A stretch of DNA of 62,317 nucleotides, counting the filler, from Hausera hauseri (lineage: Eukaryota): NCBI GenBank assembly GCA_046269625.1. It is 11 parts of 11 records of this genome, joined end to end, with 100 filler letters (N's around TTAATTAATTAA, not from the genome) between each part and the next. Parts side by side here need not be neighbours in the genome. Positions count along the whole stretch, not along the records: positions 13,727 to 22,206 come from JBJURY010629885.1; positions 22,307 to 26,574 come from JBJURY010666997.1; positions 26,675 to 31,060 come from JBJURY010606666.1; positions 31,161 to 35,288 come from JBJURY010743875.1; positions 35,389 to 39,361 come from JBJURY010847191.1; 6 more parts are not named here. One strand, written 5' to 3'. This document shows positions 21,961 to 35,389 of the stretch, piece by piece (positions within the stretch are counted from its first letter, which is position 1; the number at the start of each line of letters is the position of its first letter). Under the pieces are notes generated by a model, which ran no database searches, was not told the DNA's origin, and saw only the letters and a list, made by a program, of their open reading frames with translations. Position numbers and translations under genes: made by a program.

Positions 21961-22754
21961 ATTTATAAATTATTAATATTATTATTATTTGCACGTCTCT
22001 CTGATCATTCGCAATGAAAACTTTGAAAGTGCTGCCCACATACATCTTCTGGACAACAGTAGAATCAGATCATTCTTCACTAACTTGTAAAATTAGAGTA
22101 CATATTCACGGGGAAATACATATGAAAATAATCCACAATTTGATAGTTTTATTATACAGTATGTTTCATAAAAAAGCTGTCACCATGTTTGAAGGTTTAA
22201 TTAGAANNNNNNNNNNNNNNNNNNNNNNNNNNNNNNNNNNNNNNNNNNNNTTAATTAATTAANNNNNNNNNNNNNNNNNNNNNNNNNNNNNNNNNNNNNN
22301 NNNNNNAACGTTTGACAAAAGTATTATCTCGCCGATAGTCTATAAATAGATAATGCGCAGTTTGACCTTCACCGAACACCCTCCTTTCAAACGGTTCCTG
22401 TAGTCCACCATTTATTTGTAAAATCCGAGTTTTGTCGGCTTCCTCTCAATAACGATACCATGTAAATCCCGTGATAACTCGTTTCCGTTTGTCCGTTGAT
22501 ATGGATATAAACGTTCAAAGAATTTTTGCGGAAATCGCAGAAATAATCGGTACACCCGTTATAAAACATCACAGATTCATTGAGTGATGTTCAAGACTAA
22601 AAGTGCCATCGGGACATTTAAAATACCGAGAAGATAGAAAATTTACGTGATAGATAAACAGATTATCAAATACATTAATTTAATTACTCCAATTTACAAC
22701 AATGAGTAATTTAATAATTACGATCTATAAACGACATTTCAATCCCAACTACCT

Positions 22755-23260
22755 TTATAGAAGAATCCTCTGATCCTGTAGCCACTAAGTGCCCACTTGA
22801 ATTAAATGCAGCTGCTCGGCATGCACCTTTATGAGCTGTCAGATAAAATGTCTCATAATGTGCTGCATCGGGTGCATTTGGAATATCTGGTGGAATTGAA
22901 TGAAAAATTAAAGAAAATCATATTATACATTCATTTTCCGTATCGAGATCTATTGACGTTCCTTGAGGAATGGTTTCAAAATCCTTCGTTGGACCGCGCT
23001 CGAAATCATCTGAGGTAAATAAATTTATTTGATGGTTTCAATAATATTACCATCGGAGATCGAAAGGCCAAGTTGAGTTAATTTCAATAAGCGATTTGAT
23101 GGACCACATGTTGTTGGAGGATTATGAATACTGATAAGGCTCTGAGCAACATTGTGGTAACCATCAAACAAAAGTTGACTAAATAAATTTAACAAGATAT
23201 TTATATTATACAGCAACACCTTATCATTAATCGATACAATAAATCTCGATCTTTGTACAT
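22755..23260 (-). CDS. CSTF1: Cleavage stimulation factor 50-kDa subunit, 5' exons with ~40-nt introns
   Basis: MYKDRDLLYRLMIS/QLLFDGYHNVAQSL..PSNRLLKL..YETFYLTAHKGACRAAAFNSSGHLVATGSEDSSIK; GT-AG introns; no lesions seen in these exons. Confidence 0.88.
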
Positions 23261-24974
23261 ATTTCGCGAAATTTTAAAAGATCTCAAAGTAATAGAATAT
23301 TTAAACAAAAAAAACTTATCAAGTCACAATTTAAATTTAAAATACTATATCTACTTGTATACAGTGTGTATCTAAATTAACACCCAAAAGAAAATAAAAG
23401 ATTTAAATTTCCGGACATGTTTAAATTAGTGCAGTAGCATTAACAACTTTGTTGAGAAATAATACAGCTCATTTAATACTGCATATAATTCGCATCGCTT
23501 CTCATGAGCAAACTAAATCATCTACAAAATCAAATTTAACCATATTTACTTATTTTGAATATGTTTAACTCTAATATTTAATATAGGAAAGCTTATAAAT
23601 GAAAACTAAGAAATGCTTGTAAAAGTTTTGGAAATTATGGTTTTTAAATAAATTTCCATATAACATAAATAAATTTCCTCTCTCCATGATGTGACCAACA
23701 TGCATCGTGTCCCTCGTCTCATTCTTGCTGGGTGCAGCAGGGAGTTTGTTTTAGCCCAGTTGGCCAGATAGCCGGACCCGATGTTACCCTTCGTTTTTGT
23801 CTTGCCAGTAGTTGCAAAAGGACTGGTAAAAGCCGGCCCCTCATATTTTCAAAAAATTTTGAAAAACCGATTTATACCAGCCCTTTTATAACTACTCTCG
23901 ACACTTCAGTTTTAAAAATATACAATAAAAATGGATAACCCGCAACCACTGATTTTAAATCTTCCTATATCACAGGTCAGGAAATGAATAAATTAATAAA
24001 TGGCAATAATAAAATTTTTGTAACATTTCCAAACAAATCTGAAGGAATAATTTCTTGCGACAATCTACCTGTGAGGAGGAATTGAAAGGAATACTCAATA
24101 AATAAATATAATTTAATAAACAGCCAACAGAATGTTAGCAAATTCAGCAAAGAAGGAAAATAAGACTCATTTCCGGAATGGAGGAGATAATTGTTCTATA
24201 TACTTTTATAATAAATCTTTTATGGATAATTCTATCTTACAATCATCGAGTGACGTTGAGGTTAAGATGGTAGAAACGCGATCTACTAACAATGCCAACA
24301 AGTTACGGTTGCTTGTAAAGCTTAAACATTCACCGGTATTCGTTTCAACTTAAGCCTCTACTTTTGTTGAAACATCCAACTTCTATAATTATAAAAATAT
24401 TTTATGCATAGGCAATATGGCTTCATGATTGTGTACCATTGGTAAATATACTTGTACATGAATAATATTGTTTGTACATCAGTAATCATGATTTTATGCA
24501 AACACACGGATTGTAAACAATTATGCAAAAACATCTATGTCACTTGAATGAGCATTGAATTTTAACACATAAATATTTTCCCCTGCCGTCAAATTGACGG
24601 AATCGCATAGTTAATCTTGATAGTGTTTTGAATCATATTAAATCATTTGGCTTAAAAATACAGAAACGATCAAAAGTATAACTGAAATAAATATAGGTAT
24701 TGATTTCCAATGTACTATGTATAAATAAAAATAATTTGTCGACGTCGGGCTTTTCACACCAACTAAAATAATGAAATTAGAGCGATAGGATGATAATGTA
24801 AATTTGAAAAATCCAATCTTATAACAATAAAAAGAGTTAAAACAAACAAAATCATATTTAGATAATTTGACAGCACACATAAAAATAACGTTTCGCATCA
24901 TATATGTCATTTTTATTTCACATAATTTTAATCTAAATAAGTTAACAACTATGGAACAAGAAGAAGAACAACAA

Positions 24975-25325
24975 CAATGTCTCAATGCTAATGTGATTAC
25001 AAAAGAGAATCCAACATCATCTTCTCAATTCAAACCAACAAAATGTATTTTGCATACCATATCAATTTCTTGAAATATCCAATTTCTGTAAAATTCAAAA
25101 ATCCAATCACACTTAAAACATGTAAGTTTGGGTATTTGCTGAAGAATGTTAATGACGATGATTTGATCTTCCTGGATGAGGTACTAAACGATACGGTGTT
25201 TAATTGGATTTTCGAATTTTATAGAAAATGGATATTTCAATAAATTGATGTGTTATCCAAAATACATTTTGTCGGTTTAAATTGAGAAGATGATGATGAT
25301 GATGGTGATGATGATGACGACGACT

Positions 25326-25366
<41 letters not shown>

Positions 25367-25400
25367 TTCTCTTTTGTAATCACATTAGCATTGAGACATG
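24975..25400. repeat. Long inverted repeat (arms ~24975-25108 and ~25203-25400) with a (GAT)n expansion in the right arm
   Basis: Arms are reverse-complementary by direct reading; both strands translate CLNANVITKENP. Confidence 0.9.
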
Positions 25401-26673
25401 CAATTTTTTTACAATCACCAGTTAAGCAGTAATTATTATATCCATTCGTACGAACGGCTAATTCATAACTGCTACGACGTTCTAAACATGAGTTCATCAA
25501 GATAAAACAAAAGTAAAATAAAAGAGAAATGTAAAATTTTGGTTCGTGTTTCATCTGGCAGGTAACAAATTCATTGTCATTGAGAACTGAACATACCCCA
25601 TGTAGATTAATTATAAATTCTTAACATTAACAACGATAATTTCTTAATCTAAAACTTTACTGCTACGGCTTAAATTTTCATGTTGATGACTACATCATAT
25701 TTCCTTAATTAAAACGTTGAAACTCCGAAGTCTTAAAATAGTGTCTAGATTAAAGTACAAACCCGAATTCTGACTTTAAACCATATTTACCAGTACTTAT
25801 CAAAGATTCGATCGAATCTCAAAGAATATTTGCACACTAATAATTTTGCATGCTTACAAATAGAGATAAATCCATGTAATAAAATTCGATTAATTGTTGA
25901 TGTATCGCATATGCATACATAATATTTATTACACCCGCTACGTAGGTGTGTGTTGGTATACTGTAAGTAGGATAAGAATACAAGTATCTGACCAAAAATT
26001 ACAATCTGCGTTAACAGTAACCTGGCTTTACGTCGTATCTATTTTTAGTGTTTTCGATAGTTATTGGAGTTTATATTATTTAAAATGTTATAGATTTTGT
26101 GACTTATGCTGAAATAAACTTTAGTTAAGTGATACTGTTTAGAATAAAAGTAAATAAAATGAGTGTGAATCAAAATTATCAATTCGAATTAGTTTGAGGA
26201 TAGTAACCTATTTACACATGATTTCTCGCTTTCAAACGACCTTCAAATTGATATTATAGCTGGCCAACAATTTACGATGAACTACTTGGCGTAGCTAATA
26301 TCTCACGATAGTAATGTTTGGAATTGAAAGAAGTTATCAATTTAATAACTATACAGCCTCTAATAGTTTGTCGGAGTTTCACCAGTTCTACACGTTCTAC
26401 AAGTACGTTTCTAGACTCGATAATCTTGTCTATGTATTAATATTTTATTGAGTATAATAATATGGAAAAATCACAGATGATGATGATGATTATGATGAAC
26501 AGACAAATCAAAATTTATCGACTTAAAGCCAATCTAATTATTTGTTATAAAATCACTCATATTTACAGTAAAATNNNNNNNNNNNNNNNNNNNNNNNNNN
26601 NNNNNNNNNNNNNNNNNNTTAATTAATTAANNNNNNNNNNNNNNNNNNNNNNNNNNNNNNNNNNNNNNNNNNN

Positions 26674-29110
26674 NGTGCAAATCAGTGCAGGAAAAAATTG
26701 TCGAACCATGGAGCCTGTGAAGGATATTGTTGATTAATGGTAGAGAGTAGGCATTCATTGTTATGATGTTGAGTTGGCGGTAATTACCGAATGGGCAAAA
26801 GATACCATATTTTTTAGAACCATATGCAGTGGTAAAGGCCACGGAAATTTGGATCTTCTAATTATTCCTAATTTTTCCAGTTCGAGAAACTCAGCCTCCA
26901 CTGCTTGTCGCCAGCGAGGCGATAGCGGGCTATCCTTTTGACGTATTGGTCTTTGATATGCTGTTACTATGTGATGGAAGGTGGATTTAAGTGGTACGAA
27001 TGATTTGCCCTTTTGCAATAGACGCGTTTAGGAAGACGAAATATATTGCTGTAAGTCAGAGGGCAACGATGAGAGGTTTTCCGATGGTGTCGATGCATCG
27101 TGACTGGATGCAGTTGAGGTATGAGTTGTAGACGAGGTGTTGTGATTAGGTGGTATTAGGTGTAGGATGCTCATTTTGAAGATGGTGTTGGCAGCTGTAC
27201 TATCAGTAATAGGTGCCACGCAGTTGGCAATATCGTATTTGTTGCCGTAATGAAAATTTCTATATAATGAATAATTATAAAAATAATTTAAATCGGAAGT
27301 TGTTTTCTTTAGTATTGACTTGCTGGAATCGATCGCCCTGGTAGTCACCGAAATGCTGCTAATTTGATTAAAATTGTATCCGCTCTTTAAGGAACATCAT
27401 TTCCAGTCTACAAGTAAACTCTAGTGTGACAGAAATCTGAACCCAATATAGTTGTGCGTACATTGGCTACTGTAAATTTTTAAGTGAATGTGTTTGGGAA
27501 ATTTGGAAGTGTAAAAGTTAATTTAGTAACACCAAGAGTTTCTAAAGGTTCACCGGACGCAGTGTACAGTTGCTTTTTGAAGTAAAATTGTTTTGGATGT
27601 ACTGTGTTGGTGGTAGTAAAGAGATTGCTGCGCCGATGTCTATGAGAAAATTAATGTTGATCTTTTTGTAGGTTGCTGCTTTTTCTAGAACTTTCCATGT
27701 GTCCTAGTGGCGAAATCAGTTCTTTGTAGCTGGTGCGTTTGGCCTACTATTTTATGTGGATTTAGTAGTATTGATTTTATTGTGTGTGTTGTAGTTGCAG
27801 CCAGGTAGGCATTTTTGTGCTTTTGTTCCAAATTTTGCGTGTATTAAAATCGGAGGAGTAAAATTTAAAACCGTTGCAGCGTTTCTGAACATTGTTACCA
27901 AATTTGTCGTGATAGTAACAAATAGATGACCTCGCGGGCAAAAGCGACCGTCTTTGTCGTTGATGAATTCCATTAGGGGAAGCAGCTCTAGAAAAATCTC
28001 GTCGAGACCGTTAACTCATTTAATTTCTTGTTTGTTATTAATTGTTCTTTGTGAAATTTCATTTCGTCTGAGCGTAATTGCACAATTTGTTGCTGCAGCA
28101 ATGCAATTTTTTGTTGGTGGTTTGTTGTTAATGCCGCAGAGACAGTTGGAGCTGTGTGTGAATGCTGCACTTCATAAGATTTGTCTGCCAGTTCGGCTAA
28201 CTTTTCCGGTGCCATGGATTCCTCGACCACAGTGAGCAAAGCTCTTATTTAAGGAGGCAATGCATTTAATAAGTAACGACGAAGAGGTTCTGAACTATGC
28301 TCAGATGTTACGCCAAGGGTATTGAGGTGAGACAAAGATGTGCGCAAGAATTCAGAAGGCTTCTGAAGGCCCATGGCGTTGTCATTAAAAAACCTTTGAA
28401 TGGTAGAGTCGATGTACGGCTCAGTGAGCTTAAGAACGGCATTATAAAGTTGAGCATATGGATCGGTGTGGTGAAGGATGTCGATGATGTTTGTAATTTT
28501 GGTTTTGATAGAAGCAGTTAATGAAAAAACAGGCTGTTGGCTTTGGATAAGGGGTCGACGACGTTTTGTGATTGGAGCCAGAATTGATGCAGTTTTAGCC
28601 ATGTTTGGGTAGAATTTTGGCTATCGAGGAAGTATTCTGTGCAGGTTGAATGAGTGGGGAGTGTATGCTGTGTCTGAGTGTTTGAAGCACTTTGTTTGGG
28701 TAGGTAAGTGATGGAGAACGGTGGTTTGGTGAGTTTCTCCGTGGTATCAATAGTGGGTGATGAATCTATGCCACCACGGATGCGGAAGTGTATGTGAAGG
28801 CAGATATAAAATGAAGAAGATGGTAGGGTTCCAACGAGAGGTACCATGGATACGTGGTATGTGAAGTAAAAGTCAGGTGAGCGAAGAAAAGTGGAGATGA
28901 TGTTGTAGATGGCCGCAGTGTCTAAGTTTGTTACTGTGTTTGTACAAATATGTTGATTATTTAAAAAAACGAAAAGGAGATATAGAGAGGTCTTGTAGCT
29001 GGGGGCGTGTCGCAGGGTTGCGGCGAACGATGCAGTTTGACCCAATGGTATAGGGTGGGCGGACGGGGCTTCCGCCTTGCCGCGCCGAATCATAAACTTT
29101 GGGATGACCG
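26674..29110 (-). mobile_element. Gypsy family A copy A4: leader, UBL-gag, protease, RT start (degenerate)
   Basis: Colinear with 17520-20015; CLHIHFRIRGG|IDSSP. Confidence 0.9.
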
Positions 29111-29365
29111 AATTCCCCTCATGCAATGTTACTTCTTCACTACTTTTACTTTGTGCGTATTTTGCCATATTGCCCATTTTAGAACCGTTTTTCAGATTGG
29201 GCGAGGACTTCCTTGATTGTTGCTTGCGTGGGGCGAATAACTCCTTGCCTCTGAGTAGCGTTTGTTTGTCAGCCATCCAAGGTAATGATGCCTTCAGTAG
29301 GGTAAATACTTTGATGAGAGCAATATCGATCATATCGTTAGCATCCTTATTAAGGGCTACATGGA

Positions 29366-30115
29366 TTATGAGCGACGTTTTTTATGGGTTATTTCTAATG
29401 TGTATAAACCGATGTCAACAATGCGGTCCTTTGTTAATCCATCAGGCATATGTGCATTCCTGCCGTATACTTCAACATATCTCGGAACATTACGGAGCTC
29501 AGTAGAATTGATACCAATGCGTATACTAACAATTACTGAGTCCGGTCGCCTGTTGCTACTGGCCAATGATACTGGGTTTTTGCAAACAACTGCAATACTC
29601 TGTTCCTGATTAGCCGTGCGACTATTAAGTACATCCTGTAAGTACAATTCCAACAGCCGATCTGTACTGAGCGCAACGTAGTTCGTCTGTTCACAGTACT
29701 TAAAAAAATCAAAGGGAATATGATCATATGATGGGTCATCAAGAAAAATGATATCTTGAGTCTTGTGTTGTTTTTGTTGACCCGCAATGCTTGTTGTTGG
29801 ACCATCCGTAATAAGTTTAAACAAAATTGCGCAATCCAAACAATGATATAAATATGAATTTCTGAATGAGTCGCGTAGCCAGTACAACCCATTAGAAATA
29901 GCGACCATAGATGCTGTAGCAGTGAGACTACCTCCGTCATTCATTATGCGCCGTGAAAAGGTGATAGCAGCCGTAACTTTGGTGAGACTGGCTACCGATG
30001 TGGCACACATATCCAGTGATACTGGCCTAGCACCACCGTGCCTCTCCGCTACCCAATAGGCAAATCCGTCAGACCCAACAGCCAAGCAGAATAGAGTGTT
30101 GTTATATGCGCACAC
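29366..30115 (-). CDS. Unknown 249-aa ORF at the 5' LTR position of A4
   Basis: Uninterrupted ORF, sense to the element; shares a 46-bp segment with the A3 upstream region. Confidence 0.4.
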   Translation of the reverse strand: MCAYNNTLFCLAVGSDGFAYWVAERHGGARPVSLDMCATSVASLTKVTAAITFSRRIMNDGGSLTATASMVAISNGLYWLRDSFRNSYLYHCLDCAILFKLITDGPTTSIAGQQKQHKTQDIIFLDDPSYDHIPFDFFKYCEQTNYVALSTDRLLELYLQDVLNSRTANQEQSIAVVCKNPVSLASSNRRPDSVIVSIRIGINSTELRNVPRYVEVYGRNAHMPDGLTKDRIVDIGLYTLEITHKKRRS

Positions 30116-30160
30116 AGGCCGATAGTAAACCTGGTAGGGAGGGAACAGATGCCCACCCGG

Positions 30161-30874
30161 TTAAAGCCAACGGAGAGCGGCCACCAGCGTACCGAGAAAG
30201 CAGCCGGTATCGACGTACAGAACATCAGCACCCGTTTGCAAAAAGGGGTAGAATGTATATTTGTTATTATTATTATTAGAATTTCCAAAATTTGAAACGG
30301 ATGGAAATAAGAGCATTATCTTTGTGGGAATATGCATATCCGAAAGGTACAAATTTTTCTGACACCATTTATTATTTCGTCTAGTTCTGCATAAATTTGC
30401 TGCGGGTATGATTTTCTCATTGATTTTAAAATCGGTCATTTGAGGAATGTAAACCTGTAGAGCACTGTCGCCTTGTGCTTTACTACTTTTCTTTTGGTGA
30501 AAAGATTCTATTTTTCGAGGATCTGAAGGGTTGAGACTGACCGAAAGTGTGCGATTATGTCCAAATGAAAATAATTTGACTTCAACGTCAATTAACGACT
30601 GTATTGGCACGTATAAATATTTGTCACGAGTTAATTCATGTAAACATCGATCACCATAATATTTTTCGTCACATCTTAGAAAACACTTTGGGTCGGATAC
30701 GTTGTACAATGGCTTAATACGCAATTCCGTGTCTTCTACTGTCATATTTGGTCGTTCGCCCGGCAGAATAACGATACTATCCGTTATGTGTAATGATTTT
30801 CGACGCTCTTGGGCAATATATTCGTCTGCTTCGTTTATCTTTCGATTTACGTGCATTTGGGAATTATCAGACAA
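30161..30874 (-). CDS. Unknown 237-aa ORF at the 5' LTR position of A4
   Basis: Uninterrupted ORF in AT-rich DNA, sense to the element. Confidence 0.4.
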   Translation of the reverse strand: MSDNSQMHVNRKINEADEYIAQERRKSLHITDSIVILPGERPNMTVEDTELRIKPLYNVSDPKCFLRCDEKYYGDRCLHELTRDKYLYVPIQSLIDVEVKLFSFGHNRTLSVSLNPSDPRKIESFHQKKSSKAQGDSALQVYIPQMTDFKINEKIIPAANLCRTRRNNKWCQKNLYLSDMHIPTKIMLLFPSVSNFGNSNNNNNKYTFYPFLQTGADVLYVDTGCFLGTLVAALRWL

Positions 30875-33199
30875 AATTACTGTTTATCGACACTTTGTAC
30901 AGGGTTTCATAAAATGAATTAATTCAATAAAGCTTGACCGAATTCTGATAATAAAAAAACAAATTCTTCGCAAATATATGGTAATAAAAGTCAAATTAAA
31001 ATTGTCGAATCTTCAAAATTGAGAAATACAATGTAAGTAGAGAATGTAGTATGGCGCTAANNNNNNNNNNNNNNNNNNNNNNNNNNNNNNNNNNNNNNNN
31101 NNNNTTAATTAATTAANNNNNNNNNNNNNNNNNNNNNNNNNNNNNNNNNNNNNNNNNNNNTAAAACAAAGAAATCTTAAATATTTAAAATATGCATAAAA
31201 ATGGAACCTTCTGTCAATATTGCAAGTTTAGGAATTATATTTATTATAGATTAAAATTTGATATTTAATTTTGAACATTTTGCTTATCCTATTAAGTAGT
31301 GGAAAATGGGCACTTTTACATAAACCCATACCTTCATCCTCTTAATTAAAATGATTTAATAAAACAAAATGTGTGACAGATAGGTGATTTGGAATTAGTA
31401 CATATTTCTTACCCCCTGCTATCTTGCGTGCCTTAATGGCTATTGGCAATTGATTTGGTTTGCGACATAATTCTATTCTGGTACTATACATCTGGTATAT
31501 GAGAGTGTGGAGGGAACACGAATTCGGGGGTGAATGTATCTGTCTACCGTGAGTCCAAGGGAGGTAGGGTAAAATAAATTACCTGCATCCGAGCGATTTC
31601 TTTGTCCTGGCACCTAGAGCTAGAATCTTCTGAGGTGTTGGGATTCTTTAATTGAAAACTTACCTTAATTGAGACCCCTTATTTGACTAATAACACTAAC
31701 TATTTGACTGATAATAATTTTACTAACAACAATAACAATAAGTTTGTATGTACTTTTTATGGACATTTAATCATGTAAATTAAACCCTGTTTGTCCTTCT
31801 CTGTTTTCATGTAGCACTTCTGATGGGTATCATATTCAACAACCTGTGTTTTGTATGTGTGATGTGAGCCTAACGACGATTTGGACGGATCCATAGAAAG
31901 AGAACAATTTGAAACGTAAGAAATGAATAATAGACATTAAATTTATAGGCCAAAATAAGGTCAGAAAGAATTTAATAAATGAATAGTGAACAACCTAGTG
32001 TACGAACGACTGAACAGAAGGTATTCTGAAAAGCATTTTGAAATGAATCACAATATGATTCTAACAATAGATAAACTTCTGAAAAGCATTTTTAAAGTGA
32101 ATCAATATGACTAGTAACAATTTTAACAATAGATTAACTCAAATAGCCTGTCGGCCATCAGTAAACTTAGAACAGATTCAAACAAATTTATTAATGCAAA
32201 CAGAAAATCGACGGCATAATTACAAAAAAATGGACAACAAAAACAGTATTTAAACACAACATACTAGTAAGTAAAGACGCTCACACTTATCTGACTACTC
32301 AAAGAGAATTTTTACAAAAACAGATACCTATTCTTGATTTACTAAGGAACCTTAAGGTAGGTTTCCAGAATCATTAGATTATAATTTGCTTATAATAGAC
32401 GATTATATTAAGCAGTACAAAGAACTCGACGCATACATTATCACTCGAAAATTCAATCCAATACCACACTAATAATCAGAGAAACTCGAAATCTATACTG
32501 ATAAATGGCCGAAAGAAATGAGAATAATTTGTCATACTCGAATTTGACACATGCAAATCATTTGGGTTAGCTATGTTGATTATTAGTCCATCGTCCTTCA
32601 TTTTATATTTGTTAATGTATTATTGTTATGAAATACATATTTGCACATAATAAATAATGGTTGAATGATGCGTAAGAACGATCAAAATGCGGGATGGCGA
32701 AAGAGGTTGTGTCCAACGAACAGGTTATATATATGGAAGGGACACAGATGTTCCTATGAAATGAACATAAAGGAGTTAGATCTCAGCGAAGTTGATTGTA
32801 TAAAATCGCCACGGGCTAGAAAATCAACGCCATGAGTCCGAGAAGGTCAAGCTTATCGATGAAGGAGCTCAGGTATTATCAATGACCTGATTATATTTTT
32901 CGATACCTAATTAAATCCTTCATCGGGTTGATCTATAAAGAGGTTTTCTGTTACCAGTCAATGATTCCGAATTAATGATTCCATTTTTGATTAATAATTT
33001 CTTTCTTCATTGATTTCATTGAAATATTATGTTAACGAAACCTTGAATAATGATTTTTATACTAATCTTTCGCAGATCTGATTAGCCAAAATTTTATTGT
33101 ATACCAATGATTCCGGTTATGGATTTTGATTGTTATTTCCCTCTTTCCCAATGATTATTGTTGTAGATTCTGCATGGGTTTGGATTTGATGTGTCAGGA

Positions 33200-35280
33200 G
33201 TGATAATAAGTATTAAGAATCACGATTAACGGCTTTTATCACCAATTACCTAGTGTTCAAAGAATGAACCCAATGGACAGAAAATTAAAAGGGTGGACGG
33301 CATAGTGATTGTTTATAAAGAATTTCGGAAAAGCTGCACATGGACAGTTTTATTCAAAAAGGTATTGTGCCGTGATTATGATAATCTTCATAGTACAGTA
33401 ACTAGGAATTGAATACAACTTTGGGGATGATTGTTGTTACGGTTAATACGGGAGATCCCAGGACACATGATCATTACTAATGAGCCGATGCGTCAGTACG
33501 CAATGGATAAAAATTCAGGGTTCATGTCGTCATCATTATTAATCGAGTTCTTAGATTCCATTGGAATTTGGTTTCGAGACGATATCTTTGAGGGAGTTAT
33601 TTTTTAGGTGATGAACAGTAGTAATATGTTTTGAGCCATTATAATATAGGGAGTAAAGGTGGTATCCCAAATAAACACAACGTGAGTAAAATGAAGATTA
33701 AAATGTGGGCAGAATGAAAAGAAGACTAGAACTTATAATTCGTGAACAACCGTATTAGAGATATTCTAGACGAACAGAGACACCCTAATGTAATTAACGC
33801 ATAAATCTATTAACGATGAAGAATTAAGTAGAGTAACGCAGCCCTAAAATAAAGACCTTAGAGGAAAAATTTAACGATAAACAAATGAGAGAATGCCTAT
33901 GTGGTCATGCTAGTAAAGAACCCATACGAATGCATTAATGCCCCGTTAATTTTTTTATGTGGATAATTATTAATTCACATTGACTGACATCCGAATTTTA
34001 TTATTTTTCTTGTACATCGTGATATATTGAGTATATATTTATGACCAAGAAGATTGGATGAAGGGACATGTACAGTCCAAGTAATGAATTGAATTTAAGC
34101 GATCCTGCATGAGAAGGATAGCGGACTTCTTGGATCCTCGCGTGATAAAGATTCAGAGGTGGGATTTAGATAGACTTATCACAACTCGTCGTAACAAAGG
34201 CCAATGCGATGGGATAATAGCAAGAGTAGTTGCTACACCGATAATGTGGAGTAGAAGTTCTTCTGTGACGAAAGGAGAGCCTTCGATAATGAATAATGAG
34301 ATGTGATTGTACATTTCAAATACCCATACTATGATTAAAGGTCCTTATGACAATTTGATCAAAACGCTTCATAATTTTTATATTATTTGCTGGATGTTGA
34401 TGGTTGTTTTTGCTTATTTCTGGATGTTCGGTCAATTAAGCTATTATAGATAGTTTTATGAGAATTTTTTAGTAACGCTTAACTCCTGTAGAAGGTCGAT
34501 CTTACAGCCAAGGAATGACCGAGATAATCGATTAAATAATCATGTTTATCATCTTAACATAAATGTGTTTGTGTAATGGTAACTGCCCCTCCATCTCGTA
34601 TGTAATAATTTTTAATTTTTATTCATATACGAGTATAGTTGACCTTAGTGATGTCTACACGAGATTTGGAACTAGGCTATGATAAGGTAAATAAGGATAC
34701 AACGTCATCACAATCCTCAGTGATGGTTACTGATGGTTGTTTTGATATCGTTGCTGACTTACTGATACTCGGTGATTCGATTATCTTGAGGTGCAACCTG
34801 AATAAATATAAAGTCCTCCAATTTACGGCAGACAACGAAGAATTAAGCTAAAAGTCGACAGGATCGATAATATGGGAATTTGTATTTCATATGAAACAAC
34901 TCATGTAACGAACCTAGTGATTTACTTGGAACACAGCAAAACAATTTGAGAAATTTGACGGTTGAAGCTGTAATATGAACCTTTCCCGTGTATATAAGTT
35001 ACTATCAATAATCCAAACAAGATTATGACATCGAATAGGTGAGTATACGGTACTAGAGGAATGCGGAGTTATACTTTAGGGTATAAACGGGAAATCTGCT
35101 GTAGATTAGTAACATTAATGGTTGTGATTGTTTATATAAAGTAGACGTAAATTTTTAACACATTATCGGTAAAGATCGATATAGCGATAACCTTGCATAA
35201 ATGTGAGAGTAGATTTCGAACGCATTATTGCAGTGGCAAAATGGAAAACATGATTCTAATCGAGTATAAATCAGATGTCA
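33200..35280 (-). mobile_element. Highly decayed Gypsy pol remnant
   Basis: Scattered motif remnants only (CVD..KVN, TDAS, HPQS-like); no long ORF. Confidence 0.3.
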
Positions 35281-35389
35281 CAACCGGANNNNNNNNNNNN
35301 NNNNNNNNNNNNNNNNNNNNNNNNNNNNNNNNTTAATTAATTAANNNNNNNNNNNNNNNNNNNNNNNNNNNNNNNNNNNNNNNNNNNNA

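Noticed and set aside
25290-25362. (GAT)n, (CAT)n and (GTT)n tracts as a CRISPR-like array
   Set aside because: Simple microsatellites with no spacers, in a eukaryotic context
30040-30115. Mononegavirus/chuvirus L methyltransferase motif in CLAVGSDGF
   Set aside because: Only a short partial resemblance; the remaining catalytic residues cannot be placed convincingly
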